From: a virus
Taxonomy: Duplodnaviria > Caudoviricetes
Length of the DNA stretch: 42,901 bases
Virus record (IMG/VR): IMGVR_UViG_3300037506_000169
Location: 1 to 42,901 of that record
Direction: 5' to 3' (one strand)
Part shown: piece after piece, positions 11,501 to 19,241 of the stretch
Position numbering within the stretch: the first letter of the stretch is position 1
Layout: the number at the start of each line of letters is the position of its first letter
Notes under the pieces: model-generated
Database searches by the model: none
The model's input: only the letters and a program-made list of their open reading frames with translations
Told to the model about the DNA's origin: nothing
Position numbers and translations under genes: made by a program

Positions 11501-13708
11501 CATTTCGGTGCGGACAAGATTCGGCTATCGAAGGAGGCGCAGGAGATCGTCGATCTCGCGCACAAACTGATCGTGCATCTTGCCAAGGTCGCAAATCGCG
11601 AGGGCATCGGCTTCCTGAATGCGGAAGGCGGACTGACCGGCGACCCGAACCTGTGGCGCAAGCCACGCCGGCTGACTCCCGAGGGCCGCGAGGCCATGCT
11701 GGACCCGAGGTCTGAGCCAAGGCGTGTAGTTGCCGAGTGGTTACAGAATGCACGTGGCATGGAGCCGCAGGAAGCCGAAGCACAACTCGCGATGTTCGAG
11801 TCGATCTCGCGGCACGACCCAGCCGAGTTCCGCCGGGTCATCGAGGTGCTGCCGAGCCGCTTCGAGCTACCGGACGGCAAGGAGTTCAGACTGCTAGAAG
11901 ACCTGCCGCGCAGCGTGAGCGGCATCTTGGACTCCGGCGCTTACACGCTCGGTGCACGCTCGGTGTTCCGCGACACGCCGATCGAGACCGAAGGTTTGAC
12001 GCCAGAGCAACGACAGGCGATCATCGAAATTCCTGACGGTGCACAGCGTGTGCTCGCCGAGGTGTCGAAGCAGTACGGCCGTGAAGCCATGCTCGCGACC
12101 AAGGACATGCTCAAGGCGCTGCACGGCCTGCCGCTGAGCGATGCGCCTGGCTTCACCAGACCAGGGACGCGGGCACACGACTTCATGCGCGTCGTGATGG
12201 CGTTACTGAACCTGAACAAGGCTGGTAAGCTGTCGCTTGCGTTCATCAACAACTCGCTGTCCGCGCCGCAACACTTGATGCACGTTGGCGTGACCAGGAT
12301 GGCGAAGGCGTGGTCTGACTTCGGTCGCGACTTCACCAACGGCAGGCTCGCCGATGAAGTCATGCGTCTGGAGAGCGATGGCTGGCTCGTGCGGCACACG
12401 GCTGAAAAGCGAGTGAAAGGCGAAACCCGCATTGAGACGTTCGAGAACGCGACTCGCCGGCTCGGTGAGATCCTGACCAAGCCGCTCGACGTAGCTCAAG
12501 GCGTACTCGAGGTTGTGTTGGCCAAAAGCGCGGAAAACGCACTGGCCGAGATGCAGCGCGGTAACGGTGGACAGGTCGACCGCAGCATGTTGTTCTCGAT
12601 GGGGTTCAGGCCAGATCAGATCGAGCGGATGGTCAACGGCAAGGGCACGGCCGAGGAGTACGCGCAGTACCGAACCAACGCGGTCAGCACGTTGGAGGCA
12701 GGCAGGGCACAGACCGCCGCTGACAAGCCTACCTCGGCGCACAGCAAGCTGTTTGACAACCTGGTGTGGTTCCAGAACTTTTTCCGCCACCGGGTCCGCA
12801 TTCTGCGCGGCTACGCCGATGAGATGGCTGCGGCCAAGACCCCCGCCGAGAAAGGCTTGGTGTCGGGCAAGATCGCGATATTTCTCGCCGCCAACTCACT
12901 GGGCGGCTTTGCGACGCAGATTGTAAAGAAGTGGCTCAAGGGCGAAAGCTTCGGTGACTGGCTGCGTGAAACACAGCAGAACCCGCTCGATGCGATGGGT
13001 ACCGTGCTCATCTCGGGTCTGTTCGGTGCAGGCGGCGGCATTTTCTACGAAGCCGGTCGAGGCATCTTCACCGGTCAAAACAAGGAAGAGTTCTTGGGCG
13101 GGTTGGCTGTGTTGCTCGGACCGTTCGGAGCTGCCTACGACGTCATCGCTGGCATCGCCGCGCTGGCAGGTGCAGACATGCCTGGCTACGAAGGCATGAC
13201 ACAACTGCAAAAGGTAGGGAAGTTTGTGCGTACCGAATTGCCGGCCGCGCAATCGTTTCACCGCGGGCTGTTCGGCATCGCAGCGCTCGCGCTATCTGAT
13301 CGGCCTCCAGAGCTACAGTCTGCGTTCGACGCGGTTCATCGGTGGGAGCGGAAGCGTGGAATCCCGAGGATCAGATCGGACCGCAGTGAGCCTGATCGTA
13401 GGGCGTGGCTCGACGCGATGCGTAAAGTAATGGCGAAGGTCGAAGCCGGCGGGCAGTGGGGCGAAGTTGAGTTGATGGACGCACTCGAGGAAGCCGACAT
13501 CTTCGGCGAGGACCAGCACTCGATCGCCAGATCACTGCGTGCGCGCAAGACCTTCAGCGGCGATCTCGACCCGACCTCCGAATCCTACAACGAGGAGAAG
13601 GGCGAAAGCTTGCGCGCCTACCTTGGCCCGGACCACACCGACACGTTGGAAGCGTTCGATGCGACGCTCGAATACCTGGCCGAACGTTGGGAGCGCGCGC
13701 ACAAGTAG
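8531..13708 (+). CDS. Large internal virion / ejection protein (gp16-like position)
   Basis: 1725-aa ORF with Gly-rich hydrophobic segments near both ends and a Pro-rich linker; last large gene of the structural operon. Confidence 0.65.
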   Translation: MSANGAPVLSSDIDPGTPRERLLRMASLRAAHLQRPAHNWPGLAEEEAYAEAIRQIGVNLDIPSLRADFVTYVKTGVRTPAIYDFTKEPDPSDPTNPAYYKNRDEHSLLRDWLVEPLLRIPAAGAQGIVNLGAGVANLFGADLTPPEMESAFYAALRKYGGDTASMRQLRAEEAARLQAYEESRGVGQQIVQGSGTVVGTVVGFTMNMALRVGATVGGWAVRAALNIGKNPTLMQKVGLLAGRGAGGFGTLEALQQPTGTEPLTLEERAHNALIGAVTGPAYELTGQAGKAAFFKLMRSAGRDGEALSTAVAKWAREKGIGRATEDGETKEQFFKRAIDAWVADGTPGLAGTAINTKKAVALAGQALVEALGFSAIDAKFREDLTAAWLDQDQEAWERVVIGFAGNALGMWFLHAGGKLNGIPRLQRQFETDVDGRIVPVSVLTTGARKSTTPTRVLDPIAGFDVQALPNEPQQVTSIRELTRLPDRPTPLDPVELQREAQRSIFLRNHLWRFGWAPATPEQKHPQEPPGITPPGGVRPTEPPREDPAVLRNRMLAEIFRQTHFARWGWAPAEVKGPPTGTEPTAVPSETPPRKPEPIESGQATRFELPDSPYGFEIRAGDAVPNEALREALGSPVRVPVALFADYLHKASLLSALHSKTRLPGQEVSVEGVYGEGDLLRTIRYGEYLERTATVDSRWRPAGTVPERGRDELQPKQHDLVLNLQNAAKRQDLEPADRSLLGGVVETLRTVAAEKDQSVQDTLAILPDLTRQLQDPNPQVAAEAVRTMAESLTTTGPEVLKAREEARKEAEKEAAEAAKRPPNDFYVLIKNQSGETEGVFTTAKTEAEAITEALSKVPGEVVLVEDLSTAPPSRPSEAFGGLVPPEIARAVTQAVVGGSSGARDVFSKLLDAYERSLIRRVEDAGARTAAAMGRASDLKTRELRAENKREGQRRYEELTQRPNRELERKLYDGKGAITTVLEAKLDEKLGQHFGADKIRLSKEAQEIVDLAHKLIVHLAKVANREGIGFLNAEGGLTGDPNLWRKPRRLTPEGREAMLDPRSEPRRVVAEWLQNARGMEPQEAEAQLAMFESISRHDPAEFRRVIEVLPSRFELPDGKEFRLLEDLPRSVSGILDSGAYTLGARSVFRDTPIETEGLTPEQRQAIIEIPDGAQRVLAEVSKQYGREAMLATKDMLKALHGLPLSDAPGFTRPGTRAHDFMRVVMALLNLNKAGKLSLAFINNSLSAPQHLMHVGVTRMAKAWSDFGRDFTNGRLADEVMRLESDGWLVRHTAEKRVKGETRIETFENATRRLGEILTKPLDVAQGVLEVVLAKSAENALAEMQRGNGGQVDRSMLFSMGFRPDQIERMVNGKGTAEEYAQYRTNAVSTLEAGRAQTAADKPTSAHSKLFDNLVWFQNFFRHRVRILRGYADEMAAAKTPAEKGLVSGKIAIFLAANSLGGFATQIVKKWLKGESFGDWLRETQQNPLDAMGTVLISGLFGAGGGIFYEAGRGIFTGQNKEEFLGGLAVLLGPFGAAYDVIAGIAALAGADMPGYEGMTQLQKVGKFVRTELPAAQSFHRGLFGIAALALSDRPPELQSAFDAVHRWERKRGIPRIRSDRSEPDRRAWLDAMRKVMAKVEAGGQWGEVELMDALEEADIFGEDQHSIARSLRARKTFSGDLDPTSESYNEEKGESLRAYLGPDHTDTLEAFDATLEYLAERWERAHK

Positions 13709-13753
13709 CAGGCTACTTGTAGCCTCGCCCGCCTGGCGCTAGGTTCCTGGCCC

Positions 13754-14107
13754 ATGGCCAGAGCAGCCGTGATGGTTGAGTACCATGGCGGATACCGCAA
13801 GCTGGTGGACGTGTGCCGCGACCATGGTATTGATCGACAGACCGTGCAGTCCAGGTTGAACAAGGGTTGGTCGCTGGACGCCGCGTTGACCAAGCGACCG
13901 CGACGTTACCCGCGCGATGTGCGCAGACGGCGACACCATGTAGCGCCGGCGGTTCCGGACCTACCACCACCGGTGGATGCGAACGCCGCAGATCTCCTGC
14001 GCCAGTGCTTGTTCTACATGAACAAGCTCGACTGGTCCGAGCGACTGAACGATTTGATACTTGCTTGCCGCCGGTGGCTGCGGCGCAATAGTCACACATG
14101 CGATTAG
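13754..14107 (+). CDS. Hypothetical small DNA-binding protein
   Basis: 117 aa; GIDRQTVQSRLNKGWSLDAALT resembles the helix-turn-helix-like module seen with phage HNH/homing proteins. Converges on rusA. Confidence 0.5.
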   Translation: MARAAVMVEYHGGYRKLVDVCRDHGIDRQTVQSRLNKGWSLDAALTKRPRRYPRDVRRRRHHVAPAVPDLPPPVDANAADLLRQCLFYMNKLDWSERLNDLILACRRWLRRNSHTCD

Positions 14108-14114
14108 GTAAAGG

Positions 14115-14537
14115 TCAACTGCCCATCACTTCGATCGTGGTGCGCGGGTTGCCGTCCATGTACGCTTTCTGCGCGAGGATCGATGTGATCTGAGCGTCGT
14201 CGCGGTAGACGATTCCGGTCATCGCATCCTCGACGGCGCGCACCAGCTTCGACAGGTCCGGCTTGCTGGTCATGTGCCACACCTTGTCTCTCAGTTCATG
14301 TGCATGCTTGCCGGTGCGGTAGTGTGACTTCGGATGCGGGAACCCGAACCGCACGGTTAGCGTGACGGCCTCGAACAGCATGGTTCGGCCCTGCATGGCA
14401 CGCTGCGCACAGGCCGCGACTTCCTGCCGCCACGGCATAGTGCGCGGGTTGGCTTCGCGCATCGCGCCCCAGCGGGTCTTGATCTTGCTGCCCTGCGGAG
14501 CCGCGATTCCAAGCACTTCGAACGTGATGGTCTGCAT
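14115..14537 (-). CDS. rusA: RusA family Holliday junction resolvase
   Basis: Motifs APQGSK, KPDLSKLVRAVEDAMTGIVYRDDAQI. Confidence 0.9.
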   Translation of the reverse strand: MQTITFEVLGIAAPQGSKIKTRWGAMREANPRTMPWRQEVAACAQRAMQGRTMLFEAVTLTVRFGFPHPKSHYRTGKHAHELRDKVWHMTSKPDLSKLVRAVEDAMTGIVYRDDAQITSILAQKAYMDGNPRTTIEVMGS

Positions 14538-14611
14538 GCGCAGTTGCTTCAGTCCGTCAACGGTTTACCGCGTATCGGGTGCCAGCGCATCTCCTATCGT
14601 GACTGGTTGCA

Positions 14612-15088
14612 TTCGCAGCGAACAAGCGGCTGCGCTCGCTCTGCTGGCGGCGAAATGGTCGTCGTGCCATCGCATCTGCAGGAAGCGATCGCGGTCGCGG
14701 TAACGAAGGGACCGCGCTCCCTCTGCTGGTCGATGAGCACGCGGCCCTGTGCCTCGTGGTCGCGGTAACGAAGGGACCGCGCTCCCTCTGCTGGGCATCC
14801 CGACGCCGTCGACGAACGCGGAGTCGATGCGGTCGCGGTAACGAAGGGACCGCGCTCCCTCTGCTGGCGCCTTCAGCCGCGGCGACGCGCGGGACACGGA
14901 GAAGGGTCGCGGTAACGAAGGGACCGCGCTACCTCTGCTGGCTGGCGCGCTGCGTCGAGCGGACGGTAGAGCGCGCCGTCGCGGTAACGAAGGGACCGCG
15001 CTACCTCTGCTGGACGGCGTGCGATGCCGCAGGAGCGTGACGAGTGCAATGCGTCGCGGTAACGAAGGGACCGCGCTACCTCTGCTGG
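14612..15088 (-). CRISPR. CRISPR array: 6 conserved 36-bp repeats plus 1 divergent terminal repeat, 6 spacers
   Basis: Repeat (- strand) CCAGCAGAGG(G/T)AGCGCGGTCCCTTCGTTACCGCGAC at 14694-14729, 14759-14794, 14832-14867, 14906-14941, 14978-15013 and 15053-15088. Unique spacers of 29, 37, 38, 36 and 39 nt. Divergent copy (26/36) at 14612-14647, separated by 46 nt. A 3' hairpin CGCGGT/ACCGCG followed by AC supports - strand orientation. Confidence 0.95.
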
Positions 15089-15094
15089 AGGCCA

Positions 15095-16916
15095 TCACGG
15101 CGCCCCCGATGCCATCGACGGTTCCGATGCGCTCTGCGAGCGGTCCATCCTGGCCACCTTCTCGCGCCGTCTCTCGCGCACCCTCGCCCAGCGCGAACCA
15201 CCGTTGTCGCCGTCGGTTCGAGCGGTCTCGGCACGTTGCCCACCGCGCCACCGTTTGATTCAGGTTCCGTGCTGCGTTCTCGTCCTGATCCCAATCGTGG
15301 CCGTTCGGACAGACGTTGCGCAGCATCGCGGCCGCGTCGAACGCTTCGACTACGCCGCAAACCGAGCACTCGCGGGTCGTGTTCTCGGCCGGCACCAGCA
15401 CGACTTCGCCGCTCCGCCAGCGGAACGCATTCTCCAGGCACAGGCGGAACTCTGACACGGCCGCACGCACCCGGTTGGTCCGCGCGGTCTCGTTCTCGGC
15501 CTCGCTCTCGAGCGGTGCGTGCCGCGCGACCGTCCGCAGATTGAACTTCTCGAGCACGAGCACGCGGTAGCGCTCGGCGAGCCGAGCGGCCTGCACGCGA
15601 AACCAATCCTTGCGCGCCCGCAGCGCGCCAGTGCGCTGGCTCGTCTCCCAGAGCCACAGGTGCTTGTCCTGCCGGCGCCACGCTTCGAGCGCAGCGAACG
15701 CAGACTCGTCGCCGTCGAACCTGGTGGCACGCCACCGGATTGCCAGCGCAGCGAGCCGGGCCTGCGACTTCCACTGCGGCAGTGTCTCGGTCGCTTCGCG
15801 CAGCCAGACCGGACAGTTCCTGTCACGCTTTCGAAGCCAGCTCCCCAGCTTGTCTCGGGCCGCATCGAAGTTCTGGTCGCGGACCCGCCGCAGCTCGTTT
15901 GGCTTCTGCAACCCGCTGACGATGCGTTCGGGGATGCGCAGCTCCTCGGTCACGCCCTGCTCGTCACAGGTCACACCGACGCGCAGGGTGTCGCCGCGCT
16001 GCCGCCAGCCCACATCGACCGCCACCGCGCCGCTGCCGCCGCCGACCTCGGGTCGACAGCGCACGACGAACTCGGCACACCATTCGGGTCGTGGCCCGAT
16101 GTGCCGCACCCGCACGGTCACGCGCTGAATCCGGCAGTTTGGTGGCAAGGGCCGGTGCAGCAGCAGCGGGAACTTGGCCCACACGGGGGCGCGCCCCTGG
16201 CTGCCGACCCGCAGCCAGAGCTGCAGTCGCTTGCGCAACTGGCTGCGGCGCGAGTTCGGGTCGCGCCGGTCGCGCGTCGGGAACTCGGGGTCGCTGAGGC
16301 AGACCTGCTGCGACGATCCGTCTTCCAGTTCTGCAACCGTCAAGCCACCGACGATCTGCACGCTGACGGCGCCTTCGCCGGTCCAGCGTGCGAACCGCGG
16401 ATCCTGCGGCTGGTCGCGGTCCCACAGCGGCATCTGTCCGGCCTGTGCCGCTGCGTCCTCGGCGAGTTGGTAGGTGCCCCAGTAGACGCCGCACGACGCA
16501 CGGGCCTTGCGCCGGTCGGCGAGGAACTGTTCATGCAGTCGCGCGCGCTCGTCGGCCTGGGCCGCGCGGGTCTCGCGCACCCGCTCGCGCCACGCCTTGA
16601 TTGCGTCGCGCAACGTCTGACGCGCCGCCCTGAGGCGGTCGCGCAGGTCGGCCGCCTCGGATCGCTTCCTGGTCCGCTGTCGCTCGCGTCGGATCTCGAC
16701 GATCAGGCCATCGACGGTCGCGCCGGCTGCCACGACGGCCCGATGCAGGCCCGGGTCGACCGCCGCGTCGAGGTCGCGCAAACGAGCGCGCCGCGCGCAC
16801 TCGATCTCGATCAAGCGGTTGCGGTAGATGTGGGCCGCGCGCATCTGCTCGGCGACGACGGTTGCGCCTTCGATCGGAGCGCGACAGCCGTAGCGTACGA
16901 CCTTCGTGCTGTTCAT
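15095..16916 (-). CDS. cas12m: Type V-U1/Cas12m-like CRISPR effector (TnpB-derived RuvC protein); apparent 1-nt frameshift near 15259 (uncorrected ORF 14565-16916)
   Basis: N-terminal coiled coil, then YWGTY, RWTGEGAVSVQI, LLHRPLP and QWKSQARLAAL, matching recalled Cas12m segments. RuvC-I AVAVDVGWR, RuvC-II VLVLEKF, Zn ribbon CSVC..CPNGH, RuvC-III DQDENAARNL. Adjacent to the array. Confidence 0.8.
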
Positions 16917-18046
16917 GGTTCGCCATGAATCTCACGCATAGAACGGGCGACCTCGGCGTTCGATTCGTCCTGGATTTTCTGCAGCGTGATTTGATCCTTG
17001 TGTTCGATGACCCAGGACGGCACGCGTACGCCGTGCCAGTGATATATGGCGAACCCGTCTGACCACAGATGAGATGGTCCGTCGGCGCAATGCGGGACGT
17101 AACGGCCATCGACGTTTTCGGTGAGCAGTCGGATCGGTTTTTCCGACACCAGACAGAAATCCTGGTGCACATAGCGGAACCCGCTGATTCGGGCCAGTTT
17201 GAGCCAGCAAGCCGCCTTGGCGTAGATGTGGGCGAGTTCTGGCCGGTGCTGCGGCATGACTCGCGACCAATAATCCGTGTATGCGGCCCAGGCTGCCCAC
17301 ATGTTGCCGCCCTGATAGTTGGCGGTCCATCGTGCGGCGCATCTGGCAGCTTGTGCATCGAAGCTGGCGACGTTCGTGGCAGCGAACACGGCATCGTCCG
17401 TGGCGGTGAGCACGGCATCGGTCGTGGCAGCACGCGTGGCCGTGAACGTGGCCGTGAACGTGGTAGCAAGTGTGGCACCGTTCGCGGCACCGTCAGTGGC
17501 AGAATCGACCATGGCAGTGAGCACGGCAGTGTCCATGGCAGAACGCGTAGCAAGGTTCGTGACGGCGAGCGTGGCAGCGTCCGTGGCAGCGGCCGTGGTA
17601 TCAATCGTAGCCGTGAATGTAGCACTTAACGTGGCATCGAGCGTGGCAACGTTCGTGGCAGCAAGCACGGCATCGTCTGTGGCAGAACGCGTAGCGACGT
17701 TCGTGGCACCAACCGTGGCAGAAACCGTAGTCACGTCAATGGTAGTATCGGTAGCAGCGAGCACGGCATCGGCTGTGGCATCTGGAGTGTGGTTGCGTTG
17801 ATACCACCACCACGCAGCTCGCCCACCAGCAAGCGCCATCACCAACGGTGATGGCACGATCACTACAGCCTTCGGTGGCTGCAGGCCCGCGACGTCGTAC
17901 AGTTCATGCACGGCAGCCCTCACGGTGTGGCGCTCGTGGTCGGTCATCCGACCAGTGCTGAGGGCAATCCCGATCCATTCGTCACGCACGGTGGCAAGCA
18001 ACTCGTTCTCAGCGTCAGTGAGGCTGGTGATTCGTTTGTCGGTCAT
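16913..18046 (-). CDS. DUF6745-like phage protein with internal ATxx repeats
   Basis: Likely start MTDKRITSLT (18046). C-terminus LVSEKPIRL...HCADGPSHLWSDGFAIYHWHGVRVP fits this family. The longer 596-aa call overlaps other genes. Confidence 0.75.
   Translation of the reverse strand: MTDKRITSLTDAENELLATVRDEWIGIALSTGRMTDHERHTVRAAVHELYDVAGLQPPKAVVIVPSPLVMALAGGRAAWWWYQRNHTPDATADAVLAATDTTIDVTTVSATVGATNVATRSATDDAVLAATNVATLDATLSATFTATIDTTAAATDAATLAVTNLATRSAMDTAVLTAMVDSATDGAANGATLATTFTATFTATRAATTDAVLTATDDAVFAATNVASFDAQAARCAARWTANYQGGNMWAAWAAYTDYWSRVMPQHRPELAHIYAKAACWLKLARISGFRYVHQDFCLVSEKPIRLLTENVDGRYVPHCADGPSHLWSDGFAIYHWHGVRVPSWVIEHKDQITLQKIQDESNAEVARSMREIHGEP
17360..17782 (-). repeat. Degenerate 12-bp (4-codon) intragenic tandem repeats encoding ATxx
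   Basis: Recurrent GTGGCA on the + strand; protein reads ATDDAVLAATNVATLDAT... Confidence 0.75.
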
Positions 18047-18438
18047 GGCGTCTCGCCTCCGGCCGCAGTGCGCGGTTCTGGGCCAAGCGGCAGCGGTTGC
18101 CAGTGGGTTGCGTCGTCGTCGCGACCGAATGCCGCACCGTCGTGAGCGTGCCACAGATCCCCACCCTGTGCGTAGACCAGCCAGATACTTTCGTCGCTGG
18201 TCCGGACCAGCACGTGCTCGCCGTGGCGTGGAATCGTCGCGATCGGCTGCCACCCGTTGTTGGCGGTGAGTCGCCTCAGTTCCTCGGTGAGGCGCCGAAC
18301 CTCGGCTTGCGCCACGTCCCGCTCGCGCATCACCTCCAGCGCGACCTCGTGACCTTTCTCGACCTCTTCGCCAAGGCGCTGAATCTCGGCTCTCAGGCGC
18401 TCGTTTTCCTTCTCCAGGAGCAATTGATCCCAGGTCAC
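18043..18438 (-). CDS. Hypothetical phage protein (coiled coil plus DUF551-like C-terminus)
   Basis: WQPIATIP...VLV...THWQPLP motif; translationally coupled on both sides. Confidence 0.7.
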   Translation of the reverse strand: MTWDQLLLEKENERLRAEIQRLGEEVEKGHEVALEVMRERDVAQAEVRRLTEELRRLTANNGWQPIATIPRHGEHVLVRTSDESIWLVYAQGGDLWHAHDGAAFGRDDDATHWQPLPLGPEPRTAAGGETP

Positions 18439-19106
18439 AGCGAGCCTCCGACCGCTGCGCGCGGCTCTGCGAACGGCAACATCTCCTGACCCATGCGCCG
18501 TGCTGCGAGTTCGCAGTATTTCTCCTCGATCTCGATCCCAATCGCCTTGCGACCCAGGTCCTTGGCGGCGCGCAGTGTGGTGCCAGAGCCCATGAACGGG
18601 TCGACGATGATCTCGTCAGGCGCGGACCACCACTGCACGATGAACGCAACGTGGCCGAGCTTGCGTGGACACGGGTGGCCAGGGAACGGACCGGTCGGCT
18701 CACTGTCGCGGCGCATCCCCGGGATCACGCGCGCGCCATCCCTTGATACGGGCGGCTCGCCGAAGAAGTAGGCACACTCCGCTCCGGCCAGCAAGCGGCC
18801 TTTGTAGTACGGGCGGCTCAAGTCGAGCCAGCACACGCGGAAGAACCGCCAGCACGGAGGTACCGCCATCAGGAAGCGTGAATCGCTGTCGCAGCCCAAG
18901 TGAATCGACAGCCGCTTGACGCTTGCCGGCGTCGTTGCGAGAGCGGATGCAAGCATGCCAGACGGATCATCATGACCGAACAGCGGCACGCTGGCGTTAG
19001 GCCACACAGGGTCGGTGTGTAGCGCATCGGCCTTGATCGAAGGCAGAATCTCCCGGCAATCGCCGTGATAGATCGTGATGCCAGCATGCTCGTAGTAGGG
19101 TTTCAC
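18435..19106 (-). CDS. Orphan DNA N4/N6 methyltransferase (beta class) with atypical motif IV
   Basis: Start GTG (VKPYYEHAGITIYHGDCREIL), TDPVW in the DPPY position, HPCPRK, DPFMGSGTT, AIGIEIEEKYCELA. Confidence 0.85.
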   Translation of the reverse strand: MKPYYEHAGITIYHGDCREILPSIKADALHTDPVWPNASVPLFGHDDPSGMLASALATTPASVKRLSIHLGCDSDSRFLMAVPPCWRFFRVCWLDLSRPYYKGRLLAGAECAYFFGEPPVSRDGARVIPGMRRDSEPTGPFPGHPCPRKLGHVAFIVQWWSAPDEIIVDPFMGSGTTLRAAKDLGRKAIGIEIEEKYCELAARRMGQEMLPFAEPRAAVGGSL

Positions 19107-19231
19107 AGCGCCACCAGTCCCACGATCGCGACCACCGCAATCAGCAGCATGATGAGCACCCATACGATGACACCTGAGCCGCATGACTCCTCCTCCGTGT
19201 CGAGCGGGAACATATCGTTGCATTGTTTCAT
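19103..19231 (-). CDS. Small single-pass membrane protein (42 aa)
   Basis: GAGGAGG RBS, then MKQCNDMFPLDTEEESCGSGVIVWVLIMLLIAVVAIVGLVAL; stop overlaps the MTase start. Not in the ORF track. Confidence 0.6.
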   Translation of the reverse strand: MKQCNDMFPLDTEEESCGSGVIVWVLIMLLIAVVAIVGLVAL

Positions 19232-19241
19232 CGCTTCCTCC

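Noticed and set aside
15014-15052. Spacer self-targeting through an 11-nt match (GGAGCGTGACG) to 30020-30030 and, reverse-complemented, 29223-29233
   Set aside because: Too short and internal to the spacer, and the flanks do not match; plausible by chance in GC-rich DNA.
14565-15094. C-terminal ~180 aa of the 783-aa ORF as a real repeat domain
   Set aside because: It is the translated CRISPR array; a one-base correction gives a stop just before the array.
15095-16916. IS200/IS605 transposon with TnpB
   Set aside because: No TnpA or recognisable IS ends. The protein is larger than typical TnpB, has Cas12m-like segments and abuts a CRISPR array.
15519-16928. 469-aa + strand ORF and other long antisense ORFs
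   Set aside because: Shadow frames of high-GC genes with no motifs.
18047-18703. N-terminal extension of the 596-aa ORF
   Set aside because: Overlaps two better-supported same-strand genes; the ATG at 18046 has an RBS and a coupled start.
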